Shown here: positions 26,835 through 36,977 of the stretch, piece after piece
Layout: the number at the start of each line of letters is the position of its first letter
How positions within the stretch are numbered: position 1 is the stretch's first letter
Source of the DNA: a virus
Taxonomy: Duplodnaviria; Caudoviricetes
Length of the DNA stretch: 64,000 bases
IMG/VR virus record: IMGVR_UViG_2974613666_000001
Span: 64,001 to 128,000 of that record
Reading direction: 5' to 3' (one strand)
Program-made: the position numbers and the translations under genes
Notes under the pieces: generated by a model
The model's database searches: none
What the model saw: only the letters and a program-made list of their open reading frames with translations
Told to the model about the DNA's origin: nothing

Positions 26835-28973
26835 ATGTCACGCTTAGATTTAGATAAGTACAGCTACACCACGCCGAAAATAGCCATGCTCTCGTGGTCA
26901 CTACTAGCAGCAGCACTCGGAAGCGCGATCGCTTCTCACTACGGTAGTTACCCACATTCCTTAGATATGTGTTTCTATCCGGTAGCCGCACAGAAAAGAG
27001 ATGCAAAAATAGAGCAATTAAGGATAGACAACTTAATTACAGAAATTTCAGACAAATCACCACAGCCGTCGCTAGGTACAAAACACTGTAATCCCGGACG
27101 TGGTGATATCGGGACTATACCAGCGTCTTATATAAAGAAAGCCCACAATGGTAGCTTGAATGATCGTGCATCAGAACTAGCGCCAATTACTCAAGGTTTA
27201 CGGGGTGGTTGGTTAAAACAGGTTTCAGAAGTGCCAGCCGAAAACCCATTTAAAATTCCTTTTGGTGCTGGTGCTATCGTTCTTGGTACAGGTGCGATAT
27301 TTGCACTTAAGAAACAGCAGGATCAAGCTGGACAATTACGCCCGATGTACAGGGCTACTCAAAGGGGTGCAAGTCTACAGGCAGGTTATGCTTTAGCTCT
27401 GCATGAAGGAGATTTAAAGTTGTCGGCTGAGTTGATGCTTAATAAACTGCGTGGTTTACGTGAGAGTGATGCTCGTATTATGTTCGCTCGGTCTGTAACT
27501 GATGAACAAGCCCACTTCATGCTGCAAGCTATGGACGAGGACGATTATCACTCGTTCGGTTACTTATTAGATAACGGGGCTAGTTTTAATAAGTTTCTAG
27601 CTCCTGCAACTACCCAAGAAGTTCAACTAGAAGCACAACCGGATTTTGTAGCCGAGCCTGTAGCTAACCAACCACCAGACGGTGAACCTGTCGATAAAGT
27701 AGAGTACACAAAAACTGCTGATATGCCAAGGGCTGATAAATATGAACCTTATCGCCAAATAGGTTTACAGATCCTCCAGCAAGCAGGTACACCCGGAAAA
27801 TGTAAGGCTATTGTTGCACCATCGCGTACAGGAAAAACCACAGTTCTTTACTTCATGCTTGAGGAATCCTACAGAGTTCTAGGTGACAACCTAACTTGTT
27901 ATGTGTGGCAAGGAAAGGGCATTGAGCCTATACACCCAAACATCCCACGTAAAAATCATAGTGGGTTCACACTCAAGGAGTTTAACCTTGATGCACTTGA
28001 TGCTGTCTGGGAGGAATACGAGTTACGTCAAGAATTACTAGAACAAGGACATCGTAACTTTGCTCCTACATTACTAATCATTACGGACTGGCAATCAATC
28101 AAGGATCAAATCTCCAGCTTCTCACCAAAAGAATTTAAGGAGATTCAGGCGAAACTGATGACCTTAATCAATAATGGTGCAGCTTTGGGTACAACAATTT
28201 GGTTAGATAGTCAGTCCCCTTCAATTGATGAGTGGGGTTTAGGGTCAAGCTCAATTCGTGACAACTTCGATATCTTTGCCATTGCCAGGATAGGTAAAGA
28301 TAAAAGCGGAGTACCAATGGGTGACACTAAATGTATTACCAAAATGGTAAACAATCCTTATTTAGTACCTGGTGAAAAAGATAGGGTACGATCGCTTGAG
28401 CAGTTCGGTGTACTGGTTGATGGTATGGAATCGGGACAAATCAAAACCTCTGTTATTCTCTCTACTGCTGGTATCGTGCGGTTGGGGATTACACCTGAGT
28501 TTGAGCGTAAGGTTTTACAGTTTCAAACTAAGCAGCCCGCAAGCGACTCCCAACCCACAGACACACCAAAAGAGGTAGAACGTAAGCCTAAAGAGCCTTT
28601 AGAGTTTCCGAAACCTAACCCTAGTCCAGAACCACTACCCAAACCAGAAGATAAGGTGAGGTCTTTATTAGCTGAGGGGAAAAATTACCGTCAGATTTGC
28701 GAAATTCTAGGAGGTAAACACCCTATAAAGCACACAGCAGCAATACTAGGTTCTATGTGTCGTATCGATAAAATTGATATTTTATCAGTTAATGCCAAGA
28801 GTCTGCTAGATGTTCTACGTGGTGAAGGCTGGATAGAAATTGACAGCAGTAGATTTACAGAGCTAGTGTCCCCTCTGGGGTTTAGTGGTTATGATCTAGC
28901 CACTTACTTAGAGGAATTGGAACTGCTTACTTTTACTCAGGTTAAGGACGGTTGTGTAAGAGCCTTGTATTAA
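26835..28973 (+). CDS. Membrane-anchored FtsK/HerA/VirD4-superfamily P-loop ATPase
   Basis: Two N-terminal TM segments, Walker A APSRTGKTT, Walker B LLIITDW, IWLDSQSP (hhhsQ motif), IRDN, Pro-rich linker, C-terminal domain. Start chosen at the ATG after AAGGTAAAAC. Confidence 0.75.
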   Translation: MSRLDLDKYSYTTPKIAMLSWSLLAAALGSAIASHYGSYPHSLDMCFYPVAAQKRDAKIEQLRIDNLITEISDKSPQPSLGTKHCNPGRGDIGTIPASYIKKAHNGSLNDRASELAPITQGLRGGWLKQVSEVPAENPFKIPFGAGAIVLGTGAIFALKKQQDQAGQLRPMYRATQRGASLQAGYALALHEGDLKLSAELMLNKLRGLRESDARIMFARSVTDEQAHFMLQAMDEDDYHSFGYLLDNGASFNKFLAPATTQEVQLEAQPDFVAEPVANQPPDGEPVDKVEYTKTADMPRADKYEPYRQIGLQILQQAGTPGKCKAIVAPSRTGKTTVLYFMLEESYRVLGDNLTCYVWQGKGIEPIHPNIPRKNHSGFTLKEFNLDALDAVWEEYELRQELLEQGHRNFAPTLLIITDWQSIKDQISSFSPKEFKEIQAKLMTLINNGAALGTTIWLDSQSPSIDEWGLGSSSIRDNFDIFAIARIGKDKSGVPMGDTKCITKMVNNPYLVPGEKDRVRSLEQFGVLVDGMESGQIKTSVILSTAGIVRLGITPEFERKVLQFQTKQPASDSQPTDTPKEVERKPKEPLEFPKPNPSPEPLPKPEDKVRSLLAEGKNYRQICEILGGKHPIKHTAAILGSMCRIDKIDILSVNAKSLLDVLRGEGWIEIDSSRFTELVSPLGFSGYDLATYLEELELLTFTQVKDGCVRALY

Positions 28974-28990
28974 TCCGACGATTGGGTATA

Positions 28991-29032
28991 AAAACAAACC
29001 TCCTTAGACCCGTATCTAAGGAGGTTTGTTTT
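28991..29032. terminator. Bidirectional terminator
   Basis: AAAACAAACCTCCTTAGA/TCTAAGGAGGTTTGTTTT. Confidence 0.8.
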
Positions 29033-29049
29033 GCACTAATAAAGTATAA

Positions 29050-30456
29050 TTAAGCGCTTTTAGCCTCACCTGATTCCAAGCTACCCAACAACATGGGAAA
29101 GCATAAAGAACCGATTGCCACCAAGTCGCAGGGTTCAAACTTAGCACCGGGGTGTTTTGCATAAAGTAATAGTCTCCAAGGTTCTACTACAGATACAACG
29201 TACATTCCAAACACTTGGTTAAAATCACTTTGGGATATGGTAGCTGAAAAGTAGCCATCATCCGCCTGCTTAACTTTTTGCTTGTAACCGGATCTACTTT
29301 TTATCTTTCTAATATTCCCGGATAATGCTTTATTATCCCTGTCGTCTGTAAGTAGTTGTCTCAGTAATTCATCTAAAGCCCATAGATAAGTAGCCTGCAC
29401 CTTCTCAAAGTCCACTTCTAAAGCGAACACATCAAAATTAGCACCCTCAGCTATTTCAGAAGGTGTTACTTTTATACAGGTAGTTTCAAGAAATTTAGAA
29501 TAACCGGACACTATTGCGTCAACATCTATAGGTCGTTTAGCATCGGGATCTTCTGCCAGTTCTACACCTAAAGCAACCATAACAGTTCTGAGACTTATTG
29601 CAGCATCATTACCTCTGAGGAAATTACCACTCTGGAGTCTATTAGGCTCAAGTATGGGGAACTTACTAGCTAATGCTTTTGTCAGCAGTTCAGGATTTAG
29701 CTCATCTTCATTGTCTAGCAACTCCAACCCGTAGCATACCATATTATGAAACTTATTAGCCCGTTTGACCCACTTGGCTATCATCTGCTTTGATATCTTT
29801 AATTTACTGGACATGGTGACGTTACTTTCACCACTCAACTTACCCGTAAGGATTTGCTTAAACATTTTCGGATATCGATCCAATAACTCAGGTGTTAGTT
29901 TATCAGCATTAGATAACTGGGCTTGTGACTGGGGTAGTTTACCAGCGTCATACAGTTCACCATATTTATAGTTTAAATAGTCAAGGATGATATCAAACCC
30001 TTGATTACCTGTATTTTCTAAGATTTCAGGTGTCACTTTGTTGGAAAAACCACCATGAGCATGGTAGTGGAGAATTAAACCAACCAGCATCAAAAAGTAG
30101 TTAGGTTGTGTCGTGCCTTTTGTTGATTTCCCTGGGATTGAATAAAAATCGGATTTACTGATTCCTAATAAATCACATAAAGTATCAATGCGAATACCTT
30201 TAGTTTGGCTAGGGAACGGTACGCCTAAATAACCAAGTAAATGATCACAGAAGTGAGAGCATTCCCATTTCTGGATTAATTTACCTTCTTGCAGTTTGTC
30301 ATCAAGATGAAAAAGGTCATACCTTACTTCTTTTGAATATCGAAAGGTTTCTTGAAGAATTATGATCTTATCTTCTGGTGGGTGTTCAGCCATCCATTCT
30401 CGAAGCTTGCTGATAGTGTACTGGACTTCTAGCGGTTGTATAATTGTAGCGGTCAT
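29050..30456 (-). CDS. Hypothetical protein
   Basis: 468-aa ORF in the replication/recombination operon. Confidence 0.7.
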   Translation of the reverse strand: MTATIIQPLEVQYTISKLREWMAEHPPEDKIIILQETFRYSKEVRYDLFHLDDKLQEGKLIQKWECSHFCDHLLGYLGVPFPSQTKGIRIDTLCDLLGISKSDFYSIPGKSTKGTTQPNYFLMLVGLILHYHAHGGFSNKVTPEILENTGNQGFDIILDYLNYKYGELYDAGKLPQSQAQLSNADKLTPELLDRYPKMFKQILTGKLSGESNVTMSSKLKISKQMIAKWVKRANKFHNMVCYGLELLDNEDELNPELLTKALASKFPILEPNRLQSGNFLRGNDAAISLRTVMVALGVELAEDPDAKRPIDVDAIVSGYSKFLETTCIKVTPSEIAEGANFDVFALEVDFEKVQATYLWALDELLRQLLTDDRDNKALSGNIRKIKSRSGYKQKVKQADDGYFSATISQSDFNQVFGMYVVSVVEPWRLLLYAKHPGAKFEPCDLVAIGSLCFPMLLGSLESGEAKSA

Positions 30457-30502
30457 TGTTTTTTTTCTCTTGTTGTAGTGATTACTTATTTTAGCGGTAG
30501 TG

Positions 30503-31033
30503 TTATGTTTTGATCAAGTATGGCTTCTGCAATATTGGCAGGTATGCTTGGTAAACATAATGAGCAAGTAGAAAGCTTTCTGCCAAATTACTAGACTCGG
30601 CGATCGCTCCTCCTCTTTTTTTGCTTAATCCGTGGGGAGGGTAAACTAGCCCCATATTTTTAGCGAGAGCAATTGACAGGTTCTTGTTGGAAGTTAACCC
30701 CCATTTAGCTTTCCAGTCTTGCGGTTTAGCTGTAGCCAGATCGACGTGAGGCTCATTATCAATTTGAGCAATTAAATTTACAGCAGATCCAAAAGTCATC
30801 GCTCCTTTAGTCCCCTGGTTAAAGCTATAAATAGCCTCAGCCATAAATTTAATCTGCGGGTAGGTTCTAAGCCAATCAATAGTAGCCACAATGTTTACTG
30901 CTATCGCATTCTTGTACTTAACTGGAATTAGTGGCAATAGTTTTAGCTCCACTGTCCTACCTTGTTCATCCAAAATAACAATCCAACCGTCATTCACCTG
31001 GCTATCCATACCAGCAAAGTATATTTCGCTCAT
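30503..31033 (-). CDS. RuvC/MOC1-like Holliday junction resolvase
   Basis: FAGMD, MAE..QGTKGAMTFG, KPQDWK..GLTSNKNLSIALA, LAESFLLAHY. Confidence 0.75.
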   Translation of the reverse strand: MSEIYFAGMDSQVNDGWIVILDEQGRTVELKLLPLIPVKYKNAIAVNIVATIDWLRTYPQIKFMAEAIYSFNQGTKGAMTFGSAVNLIAQIDNEPHVDLATAKPQDWKAKWGLTSNKNLSIALAKNMGLVYPPHGLSKKRGGAIAESSNLAESFLLAHYVYQAYLPILQKPYLIKT

Positions 31034-31153
31034 TTATCTCGCCTGTTTCAACTATCTCAATACCATATCATAGCATTGTTGCTAGAATATACTAAATAAA
31101 AAAGACCGCAGCTAACAACTGCGGTCATTCCTTGCTGTTATTTAGAGGCAAAT

Positions 31154-32374
31154 TTAGAAAGGTACGTCGTTGGGGTCAGGTTCAGCAGTTCCAACACCAA
31201 CACCTACAGGTACTTTTTCCTCAGCTACAGGTACAGCGTCAACAGGTAAAGTTTGTTGTGCTGTCACTGGTGTAGCTTGCACATTCAAAGTAGCCGCAAG
31301 GGGTGAAGCTGATTTACTTGGGTTAATAGCTGGTGCTTGCATTGCGGCTGGTTGTGCAGATTTTAATTGCGCTGCTAGGGCAATTTGAGGCAGCCTTACA
31401 TTCAAGTAAGCTTTACCAGCCTCCAGGTTGGCGAATACACGACCAATGGGGCGAACACCACCATTGGACATTACATCATCTGACTCATGAGTGAGAATAA
31501 TGCTTCCGGGTTTACCCTTAGCCGCTAATGCAAGAATACTGGAATCTTGATCACCATTGTTTGTAATGGCTTTGCCAAAAAAGGAACCCTTGGAAGCATT
31601 GACAATGTAAGATTCCTTGGTTTCCACATTGACAGCCTTAAACCGCCAGTTTTGGATTTTAATTTGCTGTCCAGCGCGATCACCTTTCTTAGCCGTGATA
31701 GTTCTATCTTCCCATTCAATTTGACTAACCTCATACCCACCGTAAGGTAACTCCTTTAACTGAGTAAAGTTAGCACCCTCACCTATAGCACCTACAGCAG
31801 GTGAGCTAATCAGGCGAGAGTAAAGCTCGCTCATATCTGCTGAGGTTGCAAAAATCTTGACAATTTCCTCAGAAGCTTTTTCTACATCACGGTTAGTAGC
31901 AATCGAGAAGGATAGTTTATTGCCATCTTTCTTAACTTGTCCTGCTACGTTGAAATCAAACGAGAAGCAAGCATACTCTCGTTTGTCTTCTCCAACCTTA
32001 ACTTCAAGAATTTCGGGAATGATTTTATCACCTGCTACTTGGAACACGTCAAGTAAAGGGAGTTTCCAATCACCTGTGGTAAAGTAAAGGTGCATTTGTT
32101 CGTTCTCGTCTTTACCGTTGCGGAAAGCTGGACTAATTACATACTTGACTTGAAACTGATCATCAATGGAATATTTAAGCAATTCCACATCTTCAGCAAT
32201 GCCGAACATTCCAGCAAGCTTAACAATTGCAGAAGCCCCAGCCCCTTTGATGTTGCGAATTTGGGCTAAGGATAAACCAAAAATACCAGGCTTGAAGTTA
32301 CCATAATCAATACCATCAAGCACTACAACATCATAAGAACGGAAAGATTCAGAATTAAACAATGCCATAATCAA
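31154..32374 (-). CDS. Putative single-stranded DNA-binding / annealing protein
   Basis: Beta-rich core, disordered Ala/Pro linker and acidic tail DPNDVPF; lies between the helicase and the resolvase. Confidence 0.55.
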   Translation of the reverse strand: MIMALFNSESFRSYDVVVLDGIDYGNFKPGIFGLSLAQIRNIKGAGASAIVKLAGMFGIAEDVELLKYSIDDQFQVKYVISPAFRNGKDENEQMHLYFTTGDWKLPLLDVFQVAGDKIIPEILEVKVGEDKREYACFSFDFNVAGQVKKDGNKLSFSIATNRDVEKASEEIVKIFATSADMSELYSRLISSPAVGAIGEGANFTQLKELPYGGYEVSQIEWEDRTITAKKGDRAGQQIKIQNWRFKAVNVETKESYIVNASKGSFFGKAITNNGDQDSSILALAAKGKPGSIILTHESDDVMSNGGVRPIGRVFANLEAGKAYLNVRLPQIALAAQLKSAQPAAMQAPAINPSKSASPLAATLNVQATPVTAQQTLPVDAVPVAEEKVPVGVGVGTAEPDPNDVPF

Positions 32375-32504
32375 AAATCCAAAAAGAGGTGTAAAAAAGT
32401 TAGTTAGGTTTTCACCCGACTTATAATATAGTAGCTCTGCTATATTATATTGTCAAGTGATCGAGTGAAACATTTTGAAAAGTAATGTGAGACAGTTGAT
32501 ACAA

Positions 32505-34742
32505 CTACGCTGCTAAAGGTTCAGGCTTTTTAGTTTCGGCTTGATAGCGCTCATTAAACTCGATTGTGAACATCCCGAACTCAGCACTTAAAGCCCCGTA
32601 AACCTTTTTGTTACTTGCATTCCCGTCATGTCCATATTTTGATCGCAAGTAAGCATGATAAAACAGGTAATTACCGTAGGTAGGTGACTCCCCAAATATG
32701 GCGTGTTTTTTCCATACGTGTGAAGGTTCCACGTCAGGGTACAGCTTTTTAAACTGGAAGTAAGACCATCCAGGACTATAACCGTACATTAGAATAGCTA
32801 ACTTGAGATAAATCCGATATACTGCTTCTGGTGATTGCCCTGCTGTAGATAATCGTTCTACAAATTTCACTACATTAGAAGTACCAAGTTGTTTTTTCAA
32901 ATCCTCCAGGAATTTATCAGCTACTTTCTTGCGGTTATCCCCCTCTTTCAAGAACGCAATACTTAACTCTTGGAACTTTTGAACCTTTTCGTACAATTCC
33001 GGTTTGTCGCTAAATAGTGCATCACTATACTGTACTAGCTCAAAGGTTTGAGTCTGCAACCTTTCATTAGGTAAGCGTTCATCATTCCTAAAAATGAAGC
33101 CATTAACAGCCTTACGCAGTAGTTCCAAGGATTTATACAGACCTTTCTGCATTTCTCTATCGTCTAGAGGTAAGGCGTTAGCTTCCTGGGTTATAGCCAA
33201 CAGGGTTAAATTAAGCTGCTTAAGTACCCGGTCATCAATATAAAACTCACCCACACTATCCTTAGAGTAAGCATCCACCAAGGCTTGAAGCTCGTTAAAC
33301 TCCTCTTCTTCAGTTTTATCCTCTGGTTTTGGCAGTTCCTCACCGCACTTATAGCACTGTTTCATCCCACGACCACAGACAGTACCACAATACTTACAGG
33401 TTTTACCCTTCTTAGGTATAGGAACCTGAGATAACTTTTCATCTTCTGGTATAGTCCAATCAAAAACCTCATCTGGCAGGGGGAAGTAAGGGTTAGCACA
33501 CATATCGAACATCCTGCACTCAGTTTTACCCGTGGACTTAGACATTCTTAATCCACGTCCAAGTATTTGGGTAAATAGCGCAAAACCAGACTGCCCGAAG
33601 GTACGAAGTAAAACAATATTTTCCACACTTGGCTCATCAAAGCCGATCGCTAGGCAAGTTACGGTGAATAGTAAAGCCTTTTTTTCTCTAAACTTTTGAA
33701 AAGCCGCAACACGATCGCTCGACTTTGTGCTGTCACAGACTAGAATCAGTTCCTTATCAATGCCAAGTTCTTTCAACTTTTCGCCAAAGTAAGCCATATA
33801 CTTACGAGCGATCGCTTGTCGTCCAAAAAAGAATATGGTCTGTTGATTGAAGACTGATTCTAAATCACCGCCGTTATGCAGATGATCACTTGGATTAGCT
33901 AGCATTTCCCACGAACTTTCAGGGCTTGCCACTTTCTCAAGTACAGCTAATTCTTCAGCTTCTGTGAAATCACCCCTTATGGCTTGTTTGCGTTCCATAG
34001 TCGCCATAGGGAAATAGCGATACGGTGAGTTAAATCCAGTTTGGATCATTTCATGAGTAGTTGTAACTTGGTGGTGGGTTACTCCCTCTGGGTATTCTGC
34101 GCCATCACCACGCCAGGGGGTAGCTGTAAGCAATAGCTCCTTAGACTTTTTGAAGTATTTGTACTTGTCTAACTGCTGGTGAAGTTCGCGTCTGAAATAT
34201 CCCTGATGTGACTCATCAATACATATTACAGATATAGGTACATCTGGGACACCCCTTGATTCAATAGTTTGACCCATAGCCACTATCACTTTTACCTTGG
34301 AAAAATCCTTACAGACAGGTTTACTGCCTGCTTGGAATCCTATTTCTGACTGCCATAGCCTACCTGCTGGCTTAGATTGTTTTAGTAGTCGGTTGTAAAC
34401 CTGTTCTACTTGAGACGTAAACGGGTTCTTGCGCTCTGGATCTTGCGCCAAAACCATCTCGTACATTTGCTTAGTCCCAATAAAGCCTTTATAAATCAGG
34501 GTTGTTACGAATTGGTCAAGTAAAGATTGGTAAGGGACAATTACCATACTTGTGTTGCCCCTAGCTCTGGCTAACCAAGCTATTTGAGCAAATATAACTG
34601 TTTTACCAGCGCCACAGGGAGCGACAAGTGAAACTATTTTAGCCCCATTAGTATACGTTTCACGAGCATAATCGATAGCCTGTTGCTGATATTCTCGTGG
34701 CTCTAGTGTGATTACTGTTGGTTTAGTTAGTGTTGTAGCCAT
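32505..34742 (-). CDS. SF2 DEAD/DEAH-box (RadD/ResIII-like) helicase with zinc ribbon
   Basis: PREYQ, APCGAGKT, IDESH, LTATPWR, GFDEP, QILGRGLR, CKYC..CYKC. Start chosen at MATT. Confidence 0.9.
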   Translation of the reverse strand: MATTLTKPTVITLEPREYQQQAIDYARETYTNGAKIVSLVAPCGAGKTVIFAQIAWLARARGNTSMVIVPYQSLLDQFVTTLIYKGFIGTKQMYEMVLAQDPERKNPFTSQVEQVYNRLLKQSKPAGRLWQSEIGFQAGSKPVCKDFSKVKVIVAMGQTIESRGVPDVPISVICIDESHQGYFRRELHQQLDKYKYFKKSKELLLTATPWRGDGAEYPEGVTHHQVTTTHEMIQTGFNSPYRYFPMATMERKQAIRGDFTEAEELAVLEKVASPESSWEMLANPSDHLHNGGDLESVFNQQTIFFFGRQAIARKYMAYFGEKLKELGIDKELILVCDSTKSSDRVAAFQKFREKKALLFTVTCLAIGFDEPSVENIVLLRTFGQSGFALFTQILGRGLRMSKSTGKTECRMFDMCANPYFPLPDEVFDWTIPEDEKLSQVPIPKKGKTCKYCGTVCGRGMKQCYKCGEELPKPEDKTEEEEFNELQALVDAYSKDSVGEFYIDDRVLKQLNLTLLAITQEANALPLDDREMQKGLYKSLELLRKAVNGFIFRNDERLPNERLQTQTFELVQYSDALFSDKPELYEKVQKFQELSIAFLKEGDNRKKVADKFLEDLKKQLGTSNVVKFVERLSTAGQSPEAVYRIYLKLAILMYGYSPGWSYFQFKKLYPDVEPSHVWKKHAIFGESPTYGNYLFYHAYLRSKYGHDGNASNKKVYGALSAEFGMFTIEFNERYQAETKKPEPLAA

Positions 34743-34761
34743 TGTTTTATTCTCGTGTAAT

Positions 34762-35745
34762 TTAATCTGTGCAAGAGCAAGCTTCGTTAAAATCATAAGA
34801 GTCTGTCTGAGGTGTGTCTGATGCAAATCTATCTTTCAACCGCTTGTCACCGAATGTTCTACGCATCTCACGCTCTTTGTCATTCCACCAAAAGTATCTG
34901 ATAGGGTTAGCCTTAAACTGCTTTTCCATTTCTTCTGTGCGATGGAAAAAACAGTAATCACAATTACTTACCTCTGGAAAAATGAATGGCGGGTGTTTGT
35001 CCCAAAAAGCCCTCACGTCTGACTGAGTAACACGATCTGTATAAAGAGGAAACTGTTTAAACCTCCAATCAGCAGATTTTATCCACCTGTGCTTACCTTT
35101 AAATGTTCCGGCTATATCACACTTATGAGAAAAATCTAGAGGCTCACAACCACCAGAGGTAGACCAATCTAGTGATTTTGTTTCACTACTGTACGAGGCT
35201 CCAAGATTTCTAAAAACTCTTTGTGCTTCATCCCATCTAAAGCCTATATTCATCTCTACCACATTATTTATGGTTAAAGAAGTATCACCTAGAGTTGGGT
35301 TGAGTAAGTTTAAATAACACCACTCAAAAATAGGCTTTAGCTTCATCTCTATAGTGCAAAAACGAGTACGTCTATTAGGTAAGGCGTTCTTAGCTCTTAT
35401 AACATCATCAAAAGTTCTATCAGACGCTAGAAACTTTATCTCTTTACCTAATTTTTGCTCTAAGGCAAGTACAACTTTAAGAGTCTCATCTAACTCTCTA
35501 CTAGCTTTGAAGTGCGGTATGCGTCTAATCATCTCTCTCTCTAAACCTTTATCTCTGGGAACTGACAGATGATCATCTGTCAGCACAACAGCAAAAAGGT
35601 TAACATCCGTAGGGTAATGAATAGCCATATAAGATGAAGTTCTACCACCACTTAAGCTTGATACTGTTGTGTTTGCTATTCCCCTAGTGTTCTGCAAGAT
35701 TAGATCAGCCTGATCAACATCAGATAGTAACGTGTTGGACAACAT
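34762..35745 (-). CDS. PAPS-reductase-family (PP-loop, Cys-rich) phage protein
   Basis: SLSGGRTSSYM, RFCTIEMK, IGFRWDE..R, FPL, SNCDYCFF, C-terminal CSC. Confidence 0.85.
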   Translation of the reverse strand: MLSNTLLSDVDQADLILQNTRGIANTTVSSLSGGRTSSYMAIHYPTDVNLFAVVLTDDHLSVPRDKGLEREMIRRIPHFKASRELDETLKVVLALEQKLGKEIKFLASDRTFDDVIRAKNALPNRRTRFCTIEMKLKPIFEWCYLNLLNPTLGDTSLTINNVVEMNIGFRWDEAQRVFRNLGASYSSETKSLDWSTSGGCEPLDFSHKCDIAGTFKGKHRWIKSADWRFKQFPLYTDRVTQSDVRAFWDKHPPFIFPEVSNCDYCFFHRTEEMEKQFKANPIRYFWWNDKEREMRRTFGDKRLKDRFASDTPQTDSYDFNEACSCTD

Positions 35746-36964
35746 TATTCAATTCCAAGTGTAGATTTTCCAAGGTCTGTTAGCTCTACTTTTCTCTGTA
35801 GTTTGCTGTCTTTTGGCATTAAGTAGATAAGCTGGTGATGCTGCAAAATTTCTACCGTTCTAACCGATGACGGGTGTACTTTTACATCAGCTATAAATAC
35901 TTCGGTGACTTCGTGGTATATAGAACCAGATACACGTACTATTTCGCCAGAAGCTAACACTTTTAAAAAGTTCAGTTGTGATTTGGTTAATTTCATGATG
36001 ATTTTTTGTCAAACACTTGTTGATTAATTGAGATTTTTCTTAGACCATCTTTAGACGGCTTACCAATATTCAAGTAGTGCTTATTTATCAGACCCGCCAA
36101 AGGAATTAAAGCTGCATTCATTAGGATCTGATTATCAATACAAAGCATGGAGCCTTTTGAAAACTTTAATTCTGGTTCAGTTGTAAAAGCACCCCTAACC
36201 TCTACAGACTTTGCTTTGTAAATACGCTGTAGTGTATACATTTGAGATGTTGTTAAGTCTTTCAAATGGTGTACGTCTGGGTATAGTTTCTTAGGACTAC
36301 CAGCTTTCGTAAATGCCATAATTTTTATCTCCTTAATTCGTGTAATGGTTGATCATTTCTCTGTGCAAGTCATAAACCATGAAGGCTTCTGATGCAGTTA
36401 GCTCTCTATCTATGTTTTCACAACAATCTTCTAGAAAAGTTTGTAGACTGAAAGACTGTAAAAAAGGTGTAAACATTATTCCTGTATTAGACAAGTTTTC
36501 CTTTTTATGGAGCGCTACAGCAATAATAGCTACAAAGCTTAGTTCTGTGTCTGGTGAAAATACACCAGCAGATATGCCCTTATCTAGATGACTTTTTAGC
36601 TCAGGGTTGTAGATTATTGCTTTAGGATTCATGGTTTAACACCTTTAATTAAAAATGAATATTCTGTATTTGCTCTTGTGACTTCCTGCCCACAACTAGA
36701 GCAAATCTCAGGTAAAAGTGGAAAACCCTGACCTATTTTATTTCTCGCAACTTCTGACAAAATACCTGATTCACATTTGTGATATGCAACGAAATCTACC
36801 TGACATTTACCCGCCACTTCTAAAGTAACTGCAAGAGCGATCGCGTAACTCTTCTCTATCTCAAGTGTACCAGCTAGCTGTTCTAAATCTTGAAAGTCAA
36901 ATGTGATATATCCCTGAAATTCGATTAAATCTTGATCAGCAATTCCGGTTTCTGGTTGTATCAT
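35745..36964 (-). other. Four small hypothetical genes (35745-35996, 35993-36319, 36333-36632, 36629-36964); the first is winged-helix-like
   Basis: Coupled overlapping ORFs; MKLTKSQLNFLKVL..VELTDLGK in the first. Confidence 0.6.
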
Positions 36965-36977
36965 GTCGCTACCATAA

